From: Glaucostegus cemiculus
Lineage: Eukaryota
Length of the DNA stretch: 64,000 nt
Assembly: GCA_976551045.1 (NCBI GenBank)
Contig: CDPCPM010000052.1
Location: 4,030,001 to 4,094,000, forward strand
Reading direction: 5' to 3'
In this document: piece by piece, positions 51,673 through 62,779 of the stretch
Position numbering within the stretch: position 1 is the first letter of the stretch
Layout: each line of letters opens with the position of its first letter
The notes under the pieces: generated by a model
Told to the model about the DNA's origin: nothing
The model's input: the letters and a program-made list of their open reading frames with translations, nothing else
Databases searched by the model: none
Position numbers and translations under genes: made by a program

Positions 51673-52574
51673 AGTATATTAATGTTTGTTAACTTTTTGC
51701 AGGGAAGGAGAATGAGGGAAAGGGAGATGTTAGAGTGAGATCCATTCATGTGGAATTCAGGTGGTTGGAAATTTCAACAAAGTGAAACTGCTCAAAGATT
51801 ACTAGCTATGGCTGTGCAAAAATAGAGTTGGGGAACCATAGCGCTGTAAAACATCTGTCCGTCTGAAACAAGAAATTGTTTTTGCTTCTGTCTCTATTTG
51901 GAGGCCTCTTCAAACTACAATCCACGGCTCAGAAGCCCTGCTTCCCACCGTAACTGGTCAACGCCTCCTGGCATTGTATGTGTCATGACTAATTCATTGA
52001 TTGGGAAATACCTAATACTCCACACTCAATTTAATCAAAAGTGTGTAACTTTAATGCTTTATTTTCCCACTCTGGAACCTGTCCCAGTGCTACTATGTAA
52101 ATGTTTTGTTTTAGTACTTCACAAGCTGGCAAACTTGCTGTTGTTCCCTTCCATGGCCTGCACCTTGCTCAAGCTCAGCATTTCCTAAGACAGTCCTGCT
52201 TCAATCAGTTAACTACTGCGCGGGGAATTGCACGTACACAGTCTTGTCTCACTGTTCCAAGTTCAATTTGGCAATAAACCAGGCATCCTAGTAAGTAATC
52301 TTGCTAATCTGACAATAAGAATACTTGGATGTCTCTGCAATACTTCATTCCTGATCTGTTGTGTTGAATAGTGATCAAATTGCTTACTTCCTATTAATAT
52401 CTTGCAGAAACAAGCAGAAGAAAAACATCCAAGATAACCTTTGTTTCCCCCCCCTCTGGTGAGGGAAGACACTATTGTCCACGTCTTGCCACTGCTCAGT
52501 TGTTTTAATCCATGATTGATAACATTGACTTGTATCCTCCATGTGGGGTCAGTTAGTTGTGCTGAACTGTTAGT

Positions 52575-52665
52575 TTACCAGACTAGCCTAAATAATCTTG
52601 AGACAGAGTTCAGATCCCACCATGAAAATTGAGGACATGAAATTCAGTTACATTAAATAAGTAAA
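52575..52665 (+). mobile_element. tRNA-SINE head fragment (same family as 46170)
   Basis: agactagcc...gagttcagatcccaccatg...atgaaattcagtt. Confidence 0.45.
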
Positions 52666-52959
52666 ATGGCCAAGTAAGCATTTCAATTTTTCTTCAACTG
52701 CAAGGGATACCCTGCAATGTTTGTGAGAGCAAAAGAGGCTGACAAGTTTGCAACAATCATCAGTCAGAGAAGCCAGTTTGATTCAAGAAATATATCAAGA
52801 AGTGGTTGAGTGCACAAGATACAGCCAAGCCTGACTACAACTTGGCTGTGGTGATAAAGGTTTGAAATTTTCCTTAGGAAACCTCTGGTGTGTACCTGTC
52901 AGTAGAAATTTGTCCAGTTATCTCCTGTCTATAAAATGCAGGACACATCCAGCCCCAAC

Positions 52960-53830
52960 AACCTACTCTCAGTTATCAGCAAGGTATTGGAAGGAATTGT
53001 CAGCAGTGTTATCAAGCAACATTTATTCATCAATAACTCATTAATCAATGCTTATGCTGGGATCTGCCATGATCATTTGATTCCAGTTCTCATTGTCTCG
53101 GTCCAATGATGGACCAAAGAGCTGAATTCCTGGTGCAAGTGACTGTCCTTGACGTCAAACCAGCTTTTACCAGAATGTGGTATGAAAGAGCCCTACTTAA
53201 AGCTGAAGTCTATTGGAAAGTGGTCAGACCCACAGACAGCAAAGAGGAAGATGTTTCTAGTTATTGGAGCTCAGTTTTCTTTACCCCAGGACATTGTTGT
53301 AGGAGTTCCTCAGAATAGTGCTCCAAGCGCAAATGTTTTGAGCTGCTTCATCTATGACCTTCTCTCTATCTTAAAAGTCAAAGTGTCGGTGTTCACTAAG
53401 GATTGCATCCATCACGACTCTGGTAATGAACGTGTCCTTGCCGACATACAGCTATAAGCTGGTCACTGTTCAGGCTTGGGCTGAGAACTGAAAAGCAACG
53501 TTTGTGTAATACAAGTGCCAGGCAATGACTAATCCAATACAAGAGCCTGATCACTTTGTCTGCGTGTGCAATGTCAGTACTGCTGTTGAACATGCTGTCT
53601 TCATATCGTGACTCAGAACTAAACTGGCAAGCCACATGAATATCAAGGCTGGAAGCATAGGTCAGGGTCTAGGCATCCTGCAGTATGTGAATTGTATCCT
53701 GCCACCCCAAAATCTTGCCAAATCTAGGGTGTGCTGCAGTACTATTCAATAGCCTGGATGAGTCCAGTTCCAACAGCACCTGAGGCATTTGGTCCTGACC
53801 AGGACAAGGCAACCTGCATGTTTGGCACTC
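52960..53830 (+). mobile_element. Old CR1-clade LINE RT fragment
   Basis: ORF remnants VTVLDVKPAFTRMWYE (LDIKAAFDRVWH motif) and VVGVPQNSAP...LSCFIYDL (GVPQGS motif). Confidence 0.85.
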
Positions 53831-54638
53831 TCTCCTCCACCTTAAATTAGTCTCTCCTCCACCTGTGCTTGGTTTGGGAAATAGGTGGTGCACACTGTCA
53901 CCCCACCTTCAGGCAGACTGTCGAGATGCTGTCATCACATTGAGTGATTTCAGCCACAAGTTCAATCCTACCACATCTCAGCTCAGTACCTTACACCACC
54001 AAAGAACTGTATCCTGATACCAACAAAATTCTGCACATCCTCGAAAGGTTGATGCTTCCTTCATGTATTGTTGACCTTGTTTAAGACTTGTAATTAAACT
54101 GCTTAGAATTTATATGGCAATCAAGCCAATTAGAAAGTAGCAATACAAAATTATTTGGACAACTTTTCTAATTCTCAAATTCCCATCTAAAGTACAGCAC
54201 AACTGCTGTACTTCCCATTAAATTAAAACTAGCTGAATTTCAGTTTTTAAAAATGCAAGTATGAATGGCATTGATACATTTAGAAATATTACACATTAAT
54301 GCCAAAGAAAAAACAACTTCATCATGTTTCTTGTACAATAAACTCTGCAACATATTAAGATATAATATTCAGACACTAAGCATCACTCAGTGAGTTCAAG
54401 TAGAGAAAATATTTTCTCAACCAGTGGCACAACTGAAGCCATCTTCTACATGAATACATTAAAGATAACAGGACCCAAGAGAGTAAGTCGTGTTACTTGT
54501 GACCGAACATTTCAGAAATTCCAAAAGTTGCATCCTTGCTGAACAATCAGAAAACTTCACATGTACCAATTTAATCAGTGGTGCTGGGGGGAAAGAAAGT
54601 GAAGTGACTTGCATTAAGGGAGTGTGAAATATTTCTGC

Positions 54639-54927
54639 TAGTGTAGCGGTTAGCGTAACGCTATTACAGTGCCAGTGACCCAGGTTCAATTCTGGCCACT
54701 GTCTGTAAGGAGTTTGTACATTCTCCCCGTGTCTGTGTGGGTTTCTTCCAGGTGCTCCAGTTTCCTCCCACATTCCAAAGACGTACAAGTTAGGAAATTG
54801 TGGGCATGCTATGTTGCCGCTGGAAGCGTGGCGACACTTGTAGGCTGCCCCCAGAACACACTACACAAAGATGCATCTTGCTGTGTTTAGATGTACATGT
54901 GACTAATAAAGATATCTTGTCTTATCA
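54639..54927 (+). mobile_element. V-domain tRNA-SINE, 'gtgactaataaa'-tailed subfamily
   Basis: tagtgtagcggttagcgtaacgctattacag...ggttcaattc...V core...gatgtacatgtgactaataaagatatcttgtcttatc. Confidence 0.95.
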
Positions 54928-55319
54928 TGGCCAACCTAAATATTGAAGGTAAAGTTTCACTTGTGCTTTTCCATACGTTGATTGCTGCAGTAATTCAGAA
55001 CTATAAAGTGCCAAGAACACATTTGAGATAATTTAATATCATACCTGACTGTCTTCTTAAAATGTTAACTGCTCTGTTTGCAGGTTTACCAAGCAAGCTA
55101 TCATCACACAAAGGAACATCCTAAACATAATGCAAATGTGCTCATTAATGGAGCACCCACACAAAAAGGGAGCTTTCAGCAGTCAGAGCTTAGACAATGC
55201 TGATTATTTCCCACCAGTGTGGTTAACTAATTTACCTCCTGTGCCAGACATTTTGGCTCCCTCAAAACATCATGTAAACTTTTGCCAGTGCATACAAGTC
55301 TAAACGTTGCAAGAGCAGC

Positions 55320-55550
55320 ACAGATGAAGTGCTGGAGGAACTCAGCAGGTCAGGCAGCATCTACGGGAGAGAAATGAACAGTTGATGTTTCAAGCCGAGA
55401 CCTTCATCAGGTCTCGATGAAGGAGTCTCAGCTCAAAACGTCGGCTGTTCATTTCCCTCCACAGATGCTGCCTGACCTAAGTTCCTCCAGCATTTTGTGT
55501 GTGTGTGTGTGTGTTGTTCCAAATTTCCAGTTTCTGCAGTCACTCTTGTG
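55320..55550. mobile_element. Best-preserved short fold-back Penelope-derived element with opposed hammerhead cores
   Basis: ~80-bp inverted arms gctggaggaactcagcaggtcaggcagcatc...ccttcatcag / cgatgaagg...gatgctgcctgacct..gttcctccagc; (TG)n expansion at ~55496-55514. Confidence 0.9.
55381..55410 (-). ncRNA. Minimal hammerhead ribozyme motif
   Basis: Minus strand CTGATGA-AGGT-CTCG-GCTT-GAAA-CATC-AAC: intact CUGAUGA and GAAA boxes, stem II with wobble pairs; CGUC>CAUC is consistent with CpG decay. Confidence 0.6.
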
Positions 55551-56779
55551 TAAACATCACAGGAGACATATTTGTTGAGTAGGTGGGTTCTTAAAGAGAA
55601 GGGTATTTGAAGCCCATGTCTATCTCATGGCAGATGCAACTCCCTGTTTGTTTCTGTGGAAGCTGCAGATTATGTAAATTGTCCCGAAGAAGGGTCATGT
55701 CGTTCAGCAGCCATGTTCAGTGAATAACCTGGCTGCTCTTTACTCATCCTGTGTTTCATCATCACCCTTCTCAAGGTTTCAGGAGAGGCTCAAAGCCATC
55801 CATCTGAAGTATCCTGTTGACTGACATCCTATACACGTGCAGAAGCTTTAATGCAGGTATAGGTGGGGTACTCAATGTGACATTAGTAAGCTGATTAAAA
55901 AATACATGGTGAACAGTGGTTATGTACCTTGACATTTATTTATTTATAAAAACATTTATTAAACATTTCTGTGTCAGAGAGGTTTTCCCTTCAGTGAGTT
56001 TGGGGAGGAGCAGGCTGTGTTCTATGGTTCTGTTGGTCCAGTGGACCTTTTTCCACTTTAAGTTTTGCCATCCTTTTTCTACACGGAGGAAGTCCTGCAC
56101 ACTGTAAACTGTTATTGCTGTGTGGGCTTTCTTTGAAGTCATGTCCACACTCTCGTCCTCTCCTCTTCCTTACCAAAATATACATTTTGGTTAGAAGAAA
56201 CAATAATGAAAAATGTAGCTGCCTTTGCAATTAACCCATCCTCGCTCTGAATATCCAAACAGGAATTACAAACTACCTACTTTACAAACCCTCTGTATGA
56301 GGGTTTCCACTACAGCAGGAGCTGTAATGAAAATTAGTCATCACATTTCTGCAGGTCAGGTAAAAGATTGCAAATCATTTGGTGTACTCCACATCAGAGA
56401 TGATCACCGGTGCACTTGCATACATTTTACAGCCTCTTCATCTTGGAAGCAGAAAGTGTGTATTGTGGTTCCCCAGACAATTCCACCACTGGATGATGTC
56501 TTTAGGCCCTCTGGTGAGCCTTCTTCTCCACTTGTCATACCCCGGCTGCCATTGTGCCCCATGCTTTCCTGCACACCTTTCTATTCCTGCTCTTCATTAC
56601 ATGGGGCTTCTGCTGAGGAGAAAGTGAGTGACTGTGTGATGATGTGTTGCTGCAGCTGGAAGCAGATCATGAGCTTTCATCTTCCTCTGCTGCTGCTTTC
56701 TCTAGCTACATCCAGAAGGCAAAAACAATTTGCGTTTCCATTTCTGGGCCAAGCCAGAGTTCTTTGTGTCCTTTGGGGC

Positions 56780-56945
56780 TAGCCACTTCTGTAATGTAGG
56801 AAACCAGACTACTTGTACCCAGATCACATAACGTGCAATAGAGATCAAAAGCTGAAAGCAGATCACAGTGTGGTTGATAAAGGGTACAAGGGGGAAAGCT
56901 GTTTAATGCCTTATTTGATTGAATTGGAAACATTGCATGTGGAAA
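56780..56945 (-). mobile_element. Decayed Deu-domain SINE remnant
   Basis: agccacttctgtaatgtaggaaac...gtggttgataaaggg...gtttaatgccttattt. Confidence 0.4.
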
Positions 56946-57190
56946 AAATGAGGGTAATATTTAAGGTGAAAACTGAAAATGCCCTCAAAGTGTTGTTAAT
57001 AACCAAGTTGCCCATTCAGTGAGCAGCTAACATGTGGATTCAATGTTGTCTCCGGCCAGATTGTGCACTTGCTAAAAACTTTGCAGCAGTCCCAACACTC
57101 CTGGCTGCCCCTCCCTACGTGACGTGCACCCACTCAATGCAGGGAGTAACACTGAGAGTTTCCCTGGCTTGAGGTGACCACCGTGGCAGA

Positions 57191-57304
57191 CATGGGAAAG
57201 TGGCACACTGCAGAAATTCTTGGCTTGTCTCAGTATAAGATGGCTGGCATGGGAAAATGGCACACTGCAGAAATTCTTGGCTTGTCTAAGTATAAGATGG
57301 CTGG
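57191..57304. repeat. Tandem duplication, 2 x 57 bp
   Basis: catgggaaa(g/a)tggcacactgcagaaattcttggcttgtct(c/a)agtataagatggctgg at 57191 and 57248; 2 mismatches. Confidence 0.95.
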
Positions 57305-58431
57305 CTCGAGCAACTGGTAGCGTACAACTGCCTGAAGTATCTTAAAACCTTACCATCTGCTCGTGGCCCCCATCTTGTTTTTATATTTTTCATCACCATT
57401 TTACTTTCATGATCATTGATTTTCCTGAGCCCAGCAGTCATTGTGTGTGTTACATCAGGGATGTGTCCAATTGACTCAAACATTAACAAGTTAACTGTCT
57501 CAATCACTCTTGCTAGTCCAGACTAAGGTTTTATTAGCCATGAAAAAAATATTCAAAATCATTTGAAGCTATCAGCTTTAAAATTTAACGACTATGAAGA
57601 CCCAGCAGTACATAAAACTGTTCAGGTTTTAAGCTGCCAAATCTTTTCAGTGAACCAACTGATGCTAAGCCAAAGGGCTTTTTGCATTTTGATTTTTACA
57701 TTAACCTTCCATTAAAAATTATCACGGCTATCATCACAAAGTATCGTGGCCAATAAATTAGCATTTTATGAGACATGTAAAACAAGTATTTACGATTTGC
57801 TAATGTGACTGTCTTTCATGCTGAACCAGCTTCTGCGTCAATTTTATTCACTGCTCTCCACCTTTTTAGGTCTCTTCGTGGGATTAGCCTCAAGGCTTTT
57901 ATATCTTCACTCTTAAACTAACGGTGCTGGCATTTTGTTCTGTACTGGGAAGGAACTCACATGAAGTGGGTAACCTTTTTAATTGAGACACATTGTAAAA
58001 AAAATCATTCCCACACTCAATCATTTTGATTCAAAGTTGAACCTGAGTTCTGTAGCTTCACTCATGTCTAAATTAGTTCATGGCCATGTGCTAAAGGTTA
58101 ACCAATTCTTTAACACAGAAGAGTGGGATGGGACTTAAACATACAAGTCTGGGCAAATCAACAAAACTTCATTGATTGAAGTGTATTATTTTTAAGAGGG
58201 TTACATTTTATTGAAAATTGCAACAAAAGCACCAAATTTACCATCAAATGTTGAAGTAAAATGTACAGCCCTATTGTAACCAAACTACTGTTCATCAAAT
58301 GCTTTTCAGCACATCTTGAGGTAATCCAAGTTGTGCATTCTAATAGGGCCATAGCTGATCGTAACTGACTGACAGCCAGCATTCGAGCAAAGATCAGTTT
58401 TTAAACATGGATGAGCTGTCAGCCTCTGCTT

Positions 58432-58680
58432 GGTAGTGTAGTGGTGAGCATAACTCTATTACAGTGCCAGTGACCTGGGTTCAATTCTGGCCACTGTCTG
58501 TAAGGAGTTTGTACGTTCTTTCTTCCCACATTCCAAAGACGTACGGGTTAGGAAGTAGTGGACATGCTATGTTGGCGCTGGAAGCGTGGCAACATTTGTG
58601 GGCTGCCCCCAGAACACTCTACGCAAAAGAAGCATTTCACTGTGTGTTTTGATATACGTGTGACTAATAAAGAAATCTTA
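58432..58680 (+). mobile_element. V-domain tRNA-SINE, 'gtgactaataaa'-tailed subfamily, internal deletion
   Basis: Same head and tail as the 54639 copy; lacks part of the V core after gtttgtacgttct. Confidence 0.93.
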
Positions 58681-58920
58681 AACTAAAATCAGAATCTCTT
58701 AATGTTGTAATTGATTAGGAGCTGATTGAGCTCAGATCCAAATTGGTGACCATTCTTGAAAATTTGTTGGCCTTTCGTTGTTGTCGAGAGAGGCTGCACA
58801 GCAGCAGGCCTGCCGAGTCCATGCCAGCCAAACAGTATCTGAAGTGTACTTCAAGTTCTTACTGATTTTCTTCCACAACTGCCAAAATAATGACACCTGC
58901 GTGTTTCTGTTTGTTGCTAG

Positions 58921-59043
58921 ATAAACTACATTTTGGAATCCAGAGCAAGTTCGGCACGAGCAGACTACCAGGCTCAAAAACAACGAAAGCTTAGCAGAAG
59001 AACAAGCTTCAGTTTTCAGAAGGACAAAAAATCAGGACAGTAG
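58921..59043 (+). CDS. MAPKAP1: MAPKAP1/SIN1 terminal coding exon (40 codons + TAG)
   Basis: Acceptor gtttctgtttgttgctag|ATA, phase 0. Translates [40 protein letters not shown] (human [41 protein letters not shown]). Confidence 0.98.
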   Translation: MNYILESRASSARADYQAQKQRKLSRRTSFSFQKDKKSGQ

Positions 59044-59393
59044 CAGCAACATTAATGTTAGTTGTGTAGACAATTCTGTTGAGAGAGAGAGAAGGTCCCC
59101 ACCCCACAGTATTACAGGTGGGAGATAGGACCATGAAGCTGTAACTGTCCAGGCTGCCAAGAACAGAGCACAGCAAAAGAAACTGATTCAACTTGGAGAC
59201 ATTTAGATCTCTTGCTGCTCGTGTGTTCAAAGGATCCTTAGCTTCCTGTTTGGGATGCAGGCTTTCCTCCACGATTCTTCCTCTTGACAAGCAGCCATAT
59301 CAGAGAAAAAAATGCAGGTGGCTCAGTTTGGTTCCCTGTGCTTTGATTCATGGGGAGAGTCCACGTATATAATCACCTAAGGATTATGGATAC

Positions 59394-59399
59394 AATAAA
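59394..59399 (+). terminator. Candidate proximal polyadenylation signal
   Basis: AATAAA about 350 nt after the stop codon. Confidence 0.4.
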
Positions 59400-59590
59400 T
59401 TGCACTGTCTGACAAGTGACTTCACACAGGTGTTGTAGCTTGTCACTTGATCAAAGATGAAAGTTAATCATGTTGGGACAAAACCATGAAATTTCCTTTT
59501 CTGATTCTTTTAAAAATACAATTACTGGATAAGTAGTTTAACAGTTTTTCTTAACGGCTGAATAATACATTTTTTATGACTTCTGGAAGA

Positions 59591-59596
59591 AATAAA
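59591..59596 (+). terminator. Candidate polyadenylation signal
   Basis: AATAAA with T-rich upstream and T/GT-rich downstream sequence. Confidence 0.5.
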
Positions 59597-60369
59597 CATT
59601 AGTTTTTACTGTGACCTGTAAATGTTCCTGCATTGTACCTGCTAACTATAATATAATGACAAAGCACTGTGTAAGAAATAGCTGGTATTATTTCAGTCTG
59701 TCATTTCAGGACAGTATGGGAATGTGTAATATGTTTAAAACATTTTCTTTCTGGCAAAAATGTATAAAACAAAATGTGCAGTTTCCAAAAACTGATAGCT
59801 TTAGTTGAAATATTCTTTATCAACAAGTTTGCGCCATAAATTTAAAGCAAGCTCATATTTACAGGATCCTCCATGAATAACTGCTGATTCAGACAGTTTT
59901 ACTTTCCATTTGTAGTGTTCTGGCCTCTCATTCAGTCCACAAACTGAAGATTTTTCCGCATCAGCCATTTCCCTGGAATAGTTTAATAAATTCAACACTT
60001 TAAACATCTCTGCAGCATTCAGTGACCACTTAAACAAAATGAGTTAAAAGCTTGGAGTGCTCAAATGAATTGTGCAAACTCTCTTTGGATCATGTCACAG
60101 GTATCAAGTTCATGTTGGTGAGATTGAAGTCTGCTGTCTGATTCCTGCCTTAATACCAAGATACCCACTCCTCCTGTGAACTAGTGTCATCAACCTGTGG
60201 GTGTACAACTGAGTTCGGTGTTGAGCTGTGATCCACTTCCATGATCTTGCCAGGTCCTGCCTCCACTCCTCTGGGTGCCTACATTGGCCTTTATCATTAC
60301 TTCTGGAATCAGTTCACAGGTTCTTCCTTAAAAAAAAAAGCTACTTCAACTTTGCTCCATGTTTAAGAA

Positions 60370-60615
60370 AATCAAATAACTGCACATTTGGAAATCTAAA
60401 ACACAAACACTCAACAGGTCGGGCAGCATTTGTGGAGGGAGAAATGAGTAACATGTCTAGTCTGGGACTCTGACAGAATTGAAGAGAAAAATATGCCAGA
60501 TCTCTTTCCCAGTTCTCATGGAGGGTCTCACCTGAAATGTTAATAGTTTCTCCTTCCATAGCTGATGCTGCTTGACCTGCTGAGTGTTCCCAGCATTTTC
60601 TGTTTCTGTTTGCTC
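60370..60615. mobile_element. Fold-back Penelope-derived element, decayed
   Basis: aacactcaacaggtcgggcagcat pairs with atgctgcttgacctgctgagtgtt; degenerate core cagttctcatggagggtctcacctgaaatgtta. Confidence 0.8.
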
Positions 60616-60849
60616 TGTGTATCTGATCCTGGGCAGGACTATGTCCTTTAACTTCTGTGGTCTGCTGCCTCCCTCCCAGCAACTCTAGAATTATGTCCTC
60701 ATCTCCCTGGATTTTCAGTCTGCTTTCATTTACTCCCTTCTATCTCCATATGTTCCTTGCACTCGTACACTTCTGACCTTCCTGTTGCCCCTGCACCTGG
60801 TTATCTTTTACTATCAGCCAAGTCAGCACTCTACACGTCCCCCGTACAC

Positions 60850-60985
60850 CCGTGGGTGTGGTGGCATTATGGTCGTCGAGGTGGACCATTGTTCCAGAAG
60901 CACAAGGTCAAGCCCACCATAGCAGCTGGAGAGTGTGAATTCTTGCCACCAATGGTCTTCAGGCAGAGGAAGCTGCCATCCTAAT
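60850..60985 (+). mobile_element. tRNA-SINE head fragment (same family as 46170)
   Basis: ggtggcattatggtc...tggacc...tccaga...ggtcaagcccaccatagcagctgg...tgaattc. Confidence 0.5.
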
Positions 60986-62779
60986 GCAAACTCCAGACAC
61001 CACTAGTGCAGTTGGTTCTCAGCTTTTCAGGGTCAATAAGGGATTGGAAGCCCTGATGTGAGTGAATAAAGAACTTGCCCACTTCCACAAAAACCTACTG
61101 TACCTGTACTTGCTCCCTCCCTGCCCATTGCTACCTTTGCCTCTTGTTGAGATCTCTGCTGCTCATCCACCTCCCTCTATTTCCTTTGGGGGGTATGGTT
61201 TAATTTTGCCAACATGAAGCACTTCAAGAGTGGACACAGTTACTGCTATTGAGAACATCTGGACACCAAGGGCACGCACCAAGACTCCTGATTAGAGAAC
61301 AGTGAGTAAACGTGAATTGAGGCAGCAAGTATGTTGTTCCAAAGGCAAGTAACGTATCAAGCCACGATAGACACTTCTTTTAAAACTGACTTAGGACCTC
61401 ATTCATTCTGGAATGAATCACAGAATAAGGCTTCCCAATTATGCAGGGGTGAAGTTCAAGAAGAGACTTGGCTCGATCACTGAAATGAAGAGCACAGAAC
61501 CCCGTAATACAAGTGCCCTTTCTTGTTTCTACTGGCACAGATTATTGGAGCACTAATGGTTTGAGTCACAGCTTAGCCGTGACTGAGTTAGCGCCAGGCT
61601 TTGACTTCCACAAGATAAATTATTTTTGTACTGATTCTCAGGATGACGAGAATTGCCAACAACCCAGGGAATGGGGTTAAAGGGGCCTCGTGCCATTTTC
61701 TTTCTACTGTCACTATGTCTCTTCGTGAGCAACAATAGGAACCTGGGGCCATATATGGCAGAGCCCGAAAATCCCCGAAAGCATGTGGATTATGAGAGAA
61801 TTCTACATTTTCATTTACATTTTCCTGTTTCTGATTCTGCCAATGGTAATTGATTCATTATAGTCACGTACTGAGATACAGTGAAATGACCATTGGATTT
61901 GAGCTCTATGCATTCTCAATGCAAGGTACTGTATTGCAAGACCAACTACATAACCGGGAGCATTCTCAATAAATTATTACTCATCTGCATAACAAAACTG
62001 CGAAAGTTTTTACACTGTCTTTAAATATTTTTTATTGCTGTAGGAGTTCTGATCGTTTTACTTTCTGTTCCATCTTTTCCCCATCACCCTGCTCCAGCCT
62101 TCTCCCACCTCAGCAGGATAATCCTCCAAGGATGATCATAAACCTGAATTTTAAAGAAAAACATTTTCCAGATCGACCTTTAGAAGCAATTTCCTTGAGA
62201 GTTTCCTTTTTGAATTTTGCCACAGTGAAATGTGGACCAGTTCCAGTTATAAAAAGGTAAACTTGGTATATGCATCGTAGAAAGCTAAACTGTTCCATAA
62301 ATATGTCAATCTGCAGCACTGATACAATTTGTACTTTTATGGATTTTTAAAGCTACAATTGCAGTAAAATCTGGCATACTTTTCCTCAATCATGTACTTC
62401 CCAGCATGCTGATAAACACCTTAATGGGCAAAATTGAAGTATTTTGCAATATGTCAACATAATTTCAGTTTTGCTTACAAACATAGCTAAAAGATGGATT
62501 TAAATATTTTACTGAAGATCTGTTAGCAAATTGCTTTTAAGAAAAATGCAATATAAATTCTTTTTATGGGGCATTATTGTTTTAAAGGGCTATAAAAGCC
62601 AATTTACCAACCCCATTTCTTGCTGCATTCTTTTCTCCCCATGTGCTAATTCTCATTTAATAATAAATGTTACATTAGCAATATTAGTTGAAGTAGATTT
62701 AAGTAGTATGCAGTAAGATTGATGAAGCACAGATTTGTTTTGTCTTGCTCAGGCTCAGTAGAATACAACAAATAGGTAC

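Larger units (their letters stand above)
59044..59620 (+). other. MAPKAP1: Putative MAPKAP1 3' UTR (3' end uncertain)
   Basis: Repeat-free sequence after the stop codon, containing AATAAA at 59394 and 59591; a third AATAAA lies at 59985. Confidence 0.55.

Noticed and set aside
56225-56782. Longest ORF in the track (185 aa, +)
   Set aside because: Non-ATG start, no recognisable domain, intronic; consistent with chance.
59041-59055. Stop-codon readthrough at TAG CAG CAA
   Set aside because: Does not match the CARYYA or UGA-CUAG contexts, and an in-frame TAA follows after three codons.
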